DNA of 64,000 nucleotides from an uncultured Fibrobacterota bacterium (GTDB lineage Bacteria; Fibrobacterota; Chitinivibrionia; Chitinivibrionales; FEN-1185): NCBI GenBank assembly GCA_963753345.1, contig CAVWBU010000024.1, positions 128,001 to 192,000 of the forward strand, read 5' to 3'. Shown piece by piece: positions 10,065 to 19,755 of this stretch (position 1 is its first letter; each line of letters starts with the position of its first letter). The notes under the pieces were generated by a model. It saw only the letters and a program-made list of their open reading frames with translations, ran no database searches and was not told where the DNA came from. The position numbers and the translations under genes were made by a program.

Positions 10065-10988
10065 CTACCGTTTTTCAATTTCCGACATCACCCGTTTGAA
10101 TGCATCGACCACGGCAGGGTCGAACTGCGTGCCGGAGCACCGCTCAAGCTCCAAAAGCGCTTCTTCGAAGCTTCGGCCCTTACGATAAGGGCGATCGCTC
10201 ACCATGGCATCGAAGGAATCGGCAACGGCCAAAATCCGCGCTCCAAGCGGCATTTCTTCTCCCGCTTTGCCTGACTTTTCGATAAAATGGCGGTGGTGAA
10301 AAAGAACTATTTTGATTGCATCCTTCAGAACGCCGCCTACGGACGCCAGTATCTTGGCGCTCTTTTCCGCATGCTGGCTCATGATGGTTTTTTCTTCGTC
10401 GGTCAAAGCCGCTGCTTTATTGATGATTTCCGACGATATTTCGATTTTGCCGATATCATGCAGAAGGCCTGCCACACGGATATTCTCCACTTCAGAAGCT
10501 GAAAGCTCCATGGCGCGGGCGATTTCCGCCGCGTACTCGGCGACCCGCACCGAATGTCCCTTGGTGTAGCGATCGGACGCATCAAGATATTTGGAAAGAA
10601 TCTCCACAACGCCGATATAGGCCCGTTTGAGGTCCGCGATCTTCTTCTGTTTCTGCTCGTAAAGCGTGCCGACCGTGTAGGCCGCAAGAATGAGAAAGCC
10701 CGCCCAGATCACGATGTTGGTGACCCCCTGCAACATCTGCGATTCTTCAAAATAGCCCCGAGGATTGAAAAAAATGAAAAAGGCGATGAGGGCGATAATA
10801 AAGAAGCTTGTCGAAAGCGCGTGTCGCCGGCCCAGAAAGTACCCGGAAATCAACACCGGCAGATAGTAAACGTTGAGAAACATCAGCTTCTGGTCGACAA
10901 AGTAGTTGATGGCCAGCAGTACCAGGGTAATGATCAGAATGAGGATCGTCTCAAAGTGTTGCAGCACCAAGCGTTTTATTGTGTCCAT
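10065..10988 (-). CDS. Membrane-anchored HD-GYP-like phosphohydrolase lacking the GYP loop
   Basis: About 4 N-terminal TM helices; GHSVRV, LLHDIGK, HH, AVADSFDAM..DRPYR, GTQFDP. Confidence 0.85.
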   Translation of the reverse strand: MDTIKRLVLQHFETILILIITLVLLAINYFVDQKLMFLNVYYLPVLISGYFLGRRHALSTSFFIIALIAFFIFFNPRGYFEESQMLQGVTNIVIWAGFLILAAYTVGTLYEQKQKKIADLKRAYIGVVEILSKYLDASDRYTKGHSVRVAEYAAEIARAMELSASEVENIRVAGLLHDIGKIEISSEIINKAAALTDEEKTIMSQHAEKSAKILASVGGVLKDAIKIVLFHHRHFIEKSGKAGEEMPLGARILAVADSFDAMVSDRPYRKGRSFEEALLELERCSGTQFDPAVVDAFKRVMSEIEKR

Positions 10989-11165
10989 GAAGCGGGCTCC
11001 CGCACACGTTGAAGACGTTGCTGAAATCTTCAGGTTGATCTGAAATGTCCGGCGGCAGACAGGCCGACTTTCGGCGTTCCGTCCTTGTCAGACAATATAG
11101 ATTCGAACACCACCGGCGGCAAACACTCTCCTTGCATGCAAGGATTATTGAAGGTTCCACGCATC

Positions 11166-11933
11166 TCAAATAAATTTTTCGCGCCGCTGCAAGTTTCTTA
11201 TGCCCCACAAAATCGCCAGCACGCCTGCCGCTGCAAGCACGACGCGGTTGGCCCGAACAATTGAATCCCACACCAGTTCCCTGGAACCCTGAGGAACCGC
11301 ATACGGGTTCAAAAAAATATTCCATTGACTTCCGGCCAGAGATCCGCTCAGCAGCCAGGAGCCAAGTCCCGCAAGCACAAGCAGGATTGCCGCGCCGTAG
11401 CCGTTCCGCATGAGCGTGGAAAACAGGAACGCGAGCGAACCCCAGAAGAACACCGGAAAGCACAGATGGAAAGCCATGCCAAGAACCGGCAGGTGCACAT
11501 GCAACACAACGCATGCCCCGCACAGGCACAGAAGCACCGCGGCCGTCACAGCGAAACAGAGCAGCAACCGGAAGAGCCAGACCTTGTAGCGGTAGTCGGG
11601 AATCCCGAAAATCAATTCGAGCATCTGCGCGTCCGCATCATTCTGAACGCCGAACACGGCCGGATAGAATACCAGCAGCAATCCCGGCACCAGCAGCAGA
11701 TTGTACAACATCTCGGGATTGAGCTCCCTTCCCGCCGACAGATTGATCCCGACGACAACAACAAAGAAACCGATTGCGGCAAGCAGAAAATAGAAGAACC
11801 GTTGCACAAAAATGATTTTGAGGTTGTAGCCGGCAAGCCTGCACATGAGCACCGCTCCGGGAAGCAGTCCCCTGCACAGGCGCAGGAACGACTCGGGCAG
11901 TCTAGCCATCGTCGCGACCTCTTTCATCTGCAT
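11166..11933 (-). CDS. ABC-2-type permease-like membrane protein
   Basis: About 6 hydrophobic segments; last gene of the transporter operon, overlapping the upstream stop. Alternative start at 11909. Confidence 0.65.
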   Translation of the reverse strand: MQMKEVATMARLPESFLRLCRGLLPGAVLMCRLAGYNLKIIFVQRFFYFLLAAIGFFVVVVGINLSAGRELNPEMLYNLLLVPGLLLVFYPAVFGVQNDADAQMLELIFGIPDYRYKVWLFRLLLCFAVTAAVLLCLCGACVVLHVHLPVLGMAFHLCFPVFFWGSLAFLFSTLMRNGYGAAILLVLAGLGSWLLSGSLAGSQWNIFLNPYAVPQGSRELVWDSIVRANRVVLAAAGVLAILWGIRNLQRREKFI

Positions 11934-14900
11934 TCTTCAGATCCCGCGTAAGGCACAAATACGAATCCTCCAGCGTCGGCTGCGCCGGCTGCGCCTCCGG
12001 ATGCGGCTTTTCGGACGCAATGCACCGCACATGAATCCGGTCGCCGTCGCTTATATGGCGCACCACCGAGGTCCGGCGGGCAAGCGCATCATATTCCTTG
12101 TTGTCAATAGTCGCCTGCCACACGCGTCCGGCCGCGTGCCTGAGCATGCCCGCCGGCTCGCCCGCATAGCGCAATTCCCCCGCAATCAGCACCGCCATGC
12201 GGTTGCACGACGACGAAATGTCCTCGATGATGTGCGTGGAAAAAATCACCACCCGCTGGCGGCTCAACTCCACCAGCAGGTTGCGGAAACGGATTCGCTC
12301 GCTCGGATCGAGTCCGGCCGTCGGCTCATCGACGACAAGGATGCGGGGCAGATGCAGCATGATCTGCGCGATGCCGATGCGCTGCTTCATCCCGCCCGAA
12401 AACGACCCGATCTTCTCGTCGGCATGATCTTCCATATGCACCGCGGTCAGCACCGAAAGGATCCGCTCCCGCCGCGCCGCCGGATCGCGCAGCCCCTTGA
12501 TGATCGCCTGGTAGTCCATGAATTCCCGCGCCGTGAGATTCGGATACGTGCCGAATTCCTGCGGCAGATACCCGATGAGCCCCTGCAGCTCCTCGCGGTG
12601 AAGCGCGGTGTCGAGTCCGTTGATGTACACTTTCCCGTAGGTCTGCTCATAGATTCCCGCCACGATCCGCATCAGGGTGCTCTTGCCCGCGCCGTTGGGG
12701 CCGAGGAGCCCGAACATGCCGTGCTCGATCTGAAGACTGACCCCCTTGAGCGCATGAAAGGTTGACCTGCGGGCGCCCAGAACGGGCACCAACTTCACCA
12801 ATGCGATGAAAACGGCGGCAGGTTTTGCCCACGGTGTTTTCCACGTCCGCGGGTCTGCTCCGGGATTGCTTTCGAGCCAGCGCGACGTGCGGAAAACGGC
12901 AAGTCCCAGATACCACACAATCCCGGTAAGCAGAACGACCGAAACTCGTTTCCACGCGTACTGGAAGAAAACCAAATTCGCAAGCGGCGCACCCCAGAAT
13001 AGAGCTTCGTACACTTTGTCGTGCAGCCCAAAGACTGCCTTGTTTCCCGGCCGCGCAATATTCACGAACAGGCCGTGCCGCTTGAAAAGGAAGAGCGCAT
13101 AGCAGTACGTGACAAGCGCGAACGCACATTGCCAGAATCCGTTGTCCGCATACCAATAGACAAAATAGAGCAAAAATCCCATAAGCGGGATCTGCCAGAA
13201 AAGCGCTCCCCAATCACCTTTCGCAGCACCGTGGGCGATGCCCTGCACGGCGGCGCCCCACTCCCGCGCAAACCGCCCCGGCATATTGTAGATCTTCTGC
13301 ACATTGCGGATTTGTATGGTGGCGGGCCGCTGTTCCTGGCCGGACATGCGGGCCCTGCGCAGGCTCGAAAGCAGAAACCAGGTGGCGGCCGGGACCGCGA
13401 CGGTGAAGATGATGACATCGGCCAGGCGCCAGAGCGGATCGTCAACATAGACAAATACGAGCCACACGCACATGGCAAGGGCGCCGAGCTGGACAATGCG
13501 GATTGTCCACGAAAGCGACCGCAGGTACCCGAGCGCCGACTCCAACCCGGAGTAACAGGTTGGAATAAAGACCAGCGTAAGCAGCGACGCGGAAATGATG
13601 CCGCCGATCACGGTGAGCGCAAAGGGAGCGCCGATGGCGCCGATCTCGCCGCCTTTACCCAATGCAAGCGGCAGCATGCCGACCGCCGTGGTGATCGCGG
13701 TTATGAAAATCGGCCTCATGCGGTCCTGACCTGCGGTCATGAGAGCGCGCGCCGTGGAAAACCCGCGCCGGCGCAGCACGCGCGTAAAATCGATGAGGAT
13801 AATCCCATTGCCCACCACGACGCCGAACAGGATCAGGAAACCCATGAGCGAGTTTGCATTCAGCAAGGAGTGCCCGGTGAGAATCTGAAGCCAGAATGCG
13901 CCGATGGCCGCAAGAGGTATCGAGAACATCATTACCAGCGGGGCCGTAAACGATTCAAAAACCGATGCAAGGATCATGTAAATGAGCAGAAACGCGGCGG
14001 CGATAAGATAGTAAAAGTCGTTGATTCCGCTTTGCCCGTGCACCGGTTCCACGGCGATACCTGCCGGGAACGTCATGGCATCGATGGTGTTGTCAACCTC
14101 CTCGCGGGCGGCCTTGAGCAGCGATTGTGATGACGTAATTTCATCGGCGAAATGATAGGTGATGACGATGCGGTGCTCCTGGTTCGCCCGGTTGATGCTT
14201 GCGGGACCGTTGGCGCGGATAATCTTGCTGATCTCCTGAAGCGGGTAATCGGTTCCATTGGAAGCCGAAACCGGAACGTTGTTCAGTTCATCAAAAGTCT
14301 TGGCGTTGTTCGCGGTGGCGCCGCGGCCCGAAGCATTCCGGTTCTGAACCGACGCACCCTTTGACGTCACCATAATATCGTATTGGTCGGCGCCCTGCTT
14401 GAATTGCAGGCCCGAGGTGAGTTCCTGGGTAAATCCGGACAGTTCCGAAGCAACCGATTGAAGGCCTATGCCGTACTGCCGCATGAGCTGCGTGTCGAAG
14501 AACAAATGGACCTCGCCTTGACGGCCGGGAATATCAAGCTGCACCGACTGGACCGTGGAAACATTGTTGAGCTCGAACCTGATTTCGTCGGCCACGGCTT
14601 CCATCCGGTCGAAGTCATCACCCCGTACCACGACCGTTTCGTCCTGGCTGCCCACGCCCAACACCTGCTGCAGCCGGGCGTTGGCGTTCACCCCGTTGTT
14701 TCCCCGGTAGCGGGAACTCGATGTCGGCTGGGTGAATCCGACGCTTCCCAGCGGAAAGTTATCGAGCCTCTTTTGAATATCGGCCTTGATCTGCGATAAG
14801 GTGCGATGCCCGATATCGGAATAGTTCTTCTTGAGCTTGACCGTAAGCACCGCCTCGTCCTCGTACACCATGCTGAGCAGATTGTCTGTTTCGTCAAGGC

Positions 14901-16653
14901 CCTGCAGGCGTTTCTCAAGTTCGCGCACGGCAAAATCAGTTTTGTCAAGTGTTGCGCCGGTGGGCATGGTGAGGTAGACGCTGAATTGTTCCGTTGCCGC
15001 CTGCTCGACCGAGGCGCTGCCCTGCGAAAGGCAGACGCCGAGAGAGATGAGAAAAACCGCAAGCGCCCCGCAGATCGTGATTCCGGGATGGCGCAAGGCT
15101 GTTTTGAGCAGCACGCGGTAGATGCGGATTGCGGGCGTGCGCGAATCGACCCTCCGGAACGAAAAGGTGCTTTGCGGGGCCTTGCGCAAACGAAGAAGTA
15201 TTGCCATGGGGACCAGGAGAAACGCCGTAATCAACGAAATGACAAGCGTCGCGATCACCGAAATGCCCATATGTTTTCCGATCAGCCTGATCGTAAAATC
15301 GGACGCGAACAGGAATGGAATAAAAATCACAACGGTAGTGAGGGTCGAGGCGAACACCGAGCGCCATACCTCGGTAGTTCCCCGGGTCACCGCCCGTTCG
15401 GGATCGTTTTTGCGCGAGGCCAGCCGATAAATGTTCTCCATCACCACGACGCTGTTATCAACGAGCATGCCCACGGCGAGAGCCATGCCGACCAGGGTGA
15501 GGCTGTTGAGCGTAATGCCGAACACGTAGAAAAGGTTGAAGGCGCCCAGCACCGAGATCGGGATCGCCGCAGCAACAATCAATACCAGCCGGAGATTGCG
15601 CAAAAAGATCCACAGCACACCGACCGCCAGAAGACCGCCGACCAGGACCAGCAATGCAATCTGACGAAGGCTTTCTTCTATGGAATCGGCGGCATTGGAT
15701 TGGATCACGATCTGCACATTCTGCGGCGCCAGAGTTTTGTTCAGTTTCTTGATGACGGCCTGCGTCTGGTGCGAAAGATCGATCTGGTTTACCTGCGCAT
15801 CGCGCACAAGCTGCACGCTCACCGCCTCCTTGCCGTTGACGCGGCTCAGACTCGTGGGCTCCTTGAAACCGTAGAAGACATCGGCGATGTCCTTAAGAAG
15901 AACCTTGCCGTTCTTGTTGCTTACGCTGATGTTCTTCAAATCGTCGATGGTCCGGAATTCGGCATCAACGTCCACAAAGAAACGCTTGCCGCCGTCGTGC
16001 AGCGCACCCACGTATTGACGGGCATTGTTGTTCTGCTTGAGCAGGTTCTGAACGCGGGTCGGCGTTATGTTGTAGGCGCGGCAGATGTCATCGTTCATGA
16101 CTATCTCGACGCTTTTCGAACGCCCGCCGAAAACCTGCGCGCTCGCGACGCCGTCTATGTCCTGGAGCGCGGGCGCTATCTTCTGATCCACGATGTTGCG
16201 AATGCGGTCGGCCCCGCCCTCGCCGAGCACCTGCAAGGTCATGAACTGGTTGGCGGCCTGTTCGGTGTTTACTTTGTCCACTTCCACCGTGAACTGGGTG
16301 GGAAGCTGGCTTACCAGCGCGGTGACCCGCTGCTGCAGTTTGAGAAATTCATACTTGACGTTCACGTCCTTGTCGAAATACACGTAAATGGTGCCCCTGC
16401 GGGGTTCCGAATAAGAAAGCAGATTATCCACGCCTTCCAGCATTGCGGCCGCGCCCTCGAGCGGCATCACGCCGTTGCTTTCCATATACGACGGGTCCAC
16501 ATCGATGCGGCTCGTGATACGGATCAGCAGCATGGGCAGTTCGGTGTTGGGATACAGTTCCAGCGGCAGGTAACGAAACGATACTACTCCAAGCAGGCAG
16601 ATGCCGACAAAAAGCACGCTGATGAGGATTTTACGATTGAGAAGTTGTAGCAT
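11902..16653 (-). CDS. AcrB/RND permease fused to extra TM helices and a C-terminal ABC ATPase (1583 aa)
   Basis: RND motifs (LP.[26 protein letters not shown]) followed by Walker A [26 protein letters not shown], STH. Confidence 0.92.
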   Translation of the reverse strand: [1583 protein letters not shown]

Positions 16654-19600
16654 CGTTTCTCTTCACGATTTTTTCCCGCCAGTCCTCGACCATTTCGTAA
16701 ACGCAGGGGATGACCACCAGGGTGAGCAGCGTGGAGGCGGTGAGCCCGCCCATCACCGCGAGCGCCATGGGAGCGCGCAGCGCGGCGCCCGCGCCGAACC
16801 CGAACGCCAGCGGCAGAAGCGCCAGAACCGTGGTGAGGCTGGTGATGACGATGGGCCTTATGCGCCGCTGCCCTGCCAGAAGCAGGGCCTCGTGGCGCGA
16901 AACACCCGACTCCCGCAGTTGCCGCACGGCGTCAAGCAGGACAATGGCATTGCTCACCACGATGCCCGCGAGCATGATGACGCCGATAAGCGCCATGATG
17001 TTGAACGACTTTCCAAGCAGGAAGAAGAGCGGAACCACGCCCACGATCCCAAGCGGAACCGTACACATTATGACAAACGGGTGCAACAGCGATTCCAGTT
17101 GCGCCGCCAGCACCATGTACACAAGCAGGACCGCGAGAGCGAGCGCAAAGGCAAGGTCGCGGAACGATTCGGCGCGTTTCTGTTCGTCGCCCGCAATGTC
17201 AAGCCGGTAGGTGGGCGGGACGGATAGCGATGCGGCATACCGCTTGATTTGTGCAATGACCTGGCTCAACGCGGCGCCGCCGGTGAGCTGGGCCGTGATC
17301 CGCGCCAACCGCACCTGGTCGCGCCGAAGAATCTCTTTCGGCGAAAATCCGCGTTTTATCTGTGCCACGTCCTGCAGCGGCACGGTCGTATTCCCTTCGA
17401 TCAAGGTGAAGTCGGCCAGTTGAGACTGGGTCATTGCGGGGAACAAAATGGTGATGTCTTTGAGTTCACCGCCATGGTCCCACTGGCCGGCGGCCCTCCC
17501 GAGCATTTTATCGTGAAGCTGGGTTGCGATGTCGGCGGCGCTGGCGTTGTAATCGCCTGCGCGCAGGCGATCGACCATAACCTCTATCGACGGCGCGCCC
17601 TGCTCGAAATTGGAACTCACATTAGTCAAGCCCTTGATCTTCCTCAGCGCGACCGTTATCGAATCGGCCAGTTTCTCCAGCACGCCGAGATCGTCGCCCT
17701 TTACTTCAACGACAACGGGAGGCTCGTTGTTTCCCACGACATCCTGCAGCACATTCTGTTCGGGTTTATATTGAATGACAAGCCCCGATCCGCCGATGCC
17801 GGCTTTGGCAAGCATCTCCGCCGCTTTCGCCGCATCAATGGGCTGGTTCTGCTTGAGCACCACGCGAATCTCCGCGGTGTTTTCGTCCTGCGGTTCATTT
17901 TCGACATTCGTGATCGTGGCCGTGGTGACCGGGCCGCTTTCGCTGTACACGGTTTGGACCGCATCGCCCAGCACCGAATTAATAAGTCCCTCGAGCCCGC
18001 GAACGGTCTGCGCCGTCCGCTGCAAGGTTGTTCCCTCGGAAAGATGAACCGCGACCGTGAATTCACGCGTGCTCACGGTCGGGAAAAATTCGGAGCCGAC
18101 AAAGGGAATAAGCACCAGCGAAAACGCCATGAGCAATCCGGTGCCCGCAAGAATCGTTTTCCGTTTTTTCAACGCAGCTTCAAGCAGCCCCCGGTACCAG
18201 GGAAAATGCAGGGATTTCTGCAACGGTTTTTGTCCCAGAAATCTCGATGAGAGCATGGGAATAAGGGTCAACGCGACGGCCAGAGAAGAGAAAAGCGCGA
18301 ATGCAACTGTCAAGGCCTGGTCTTTGAACAATTCCGCCGAAATGCCGTGGAGGTAAATGATCGGCAGGAACACCACCACCGTCGTCAGTGTGGATGCGAG
18401 CACCGCCCCGCCGACCTGTCCCGTGCCTCGGACCGCCGCTTCCCGCAGGGGACTGCCTTCCTCGACATTGCGGATGATGTTTTCCACCACCACCACGGCA
18501 TCATCGACAAGCCGTCCGGCTGCCAGCGCCAGCCCTCCCAGCGTCATGAGGTTAAGCGTCAGATGGTTGAAGTACATGAGGTTGAACGTGGCAACAATAG
18601 AAAAGGGAATCGCCACGCTGATGATCACCGTGGCGCCGAATTGGCGAAGAAAGAACAGGAGCGCCATGATTGCGAGAAAGATTCCGATAAGTGCGGTCTG
18701 CTTCATCTCACCGATGGATTCATCAATAAATTTCCCCTGATTGCTCACGATGGAAAAATCGTAGCCGGGCAACGACAATCGCAGGCGCTTTATGGCGCCG
18801 TAGATTTCCTGCACCGCCTTGACGGTATTGTACTTTGTCTCTTTGTAAACCCGCAGTCCCAGGCAGCGAACGCCGTTGACGCGCACAATGTTCTGGGGGT
18901 CTTTATTTTTCAGCGAAACTTTTGCCACATCCTTCAGCCGGATCGGCGTTTTGTTGCCCGTTGTCGTGTCCTGAGCCCCCTGCGTCGTCGCGCTCTGACC
19001 GAAGCCCACCACAAGATTTTCGAAGTCCGCCAGCGAATTGAATACGCCCACTCCCTTGACCACGTATTTGAGTCCCATCTCCTGGATCGAACCGCCCGAG
19101 AGATTGCGGTTGAAATTCTGTATCTGGGTCGCCAGCGTGGCGGCCGAAAGACCGTAGGCCTGCAGAAGATAGTCGTTTGTTTCGATGGTGACCTGATCCT
19201 GATCCTGGCCGCATATCTCGACATCGGCAATACCGGGCAGCCGCACCAGTTCGTTGCGCACACAGGTTTCGGCTGTTTTGCGCATGGCGTTCATATCGGT
19301 AATTTTCTTATTTGAAAAGCCGAGGATCACCACCGGCTCGTTGTTCGGATCGTACTGCGAAACGCTGATCGTGTCGAGCGAGACGCTTTGCGCGAACGTG
19401 GAAACCGCTTTCTGCAAATCGAGAAACGCCTCGTTCATGTCGGCGTCCCAGGCGTATTCCACGGTGACCTGGCCGCTGCCCACGCGGCAGATCGATGCAA
19501 CGCTCGCGGCGTTGTGCTGCCTGATGGCCTGCGCTTCGAGCTTTTGAACGTACTGTTTTTCGATTTCTTCGGGCGGCTGTTCACCTGCGTTGAAATCGAT

Positions 19601-19741
19601 ATAGAGCCGGGGATTGTTGAGGCTTGGGAACAGTTCCATGCCGAGGCGAGAATACGAGAGAAAACCCAGCAGCAAGACACCGAGCGCCGCCATGAGAATC
19701 GCTACCGGATTCTTTACGGCAAATGCGGCAATTTTATTCAA
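16631..19741 (-). CDS. AcrB/AcrD/AcrF-family RND permease
   Basis: 1036 aa; [37 protein letters not shown]. Confidence 0.95.
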   Translation of the reverse strand: [1036 protein letters not shown]

Positions 19742-19755
19742 GGTCTCTGTGCGTC

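Noticed and set aside
14806-16650. Long antisense ORFs (e.g. 14806-16650, 23681-25168, 54158-55591, 56293-57876)
   Set aside because: Shadow frames of GC-rich genes on the opposite strand, with no recognisable motifs.
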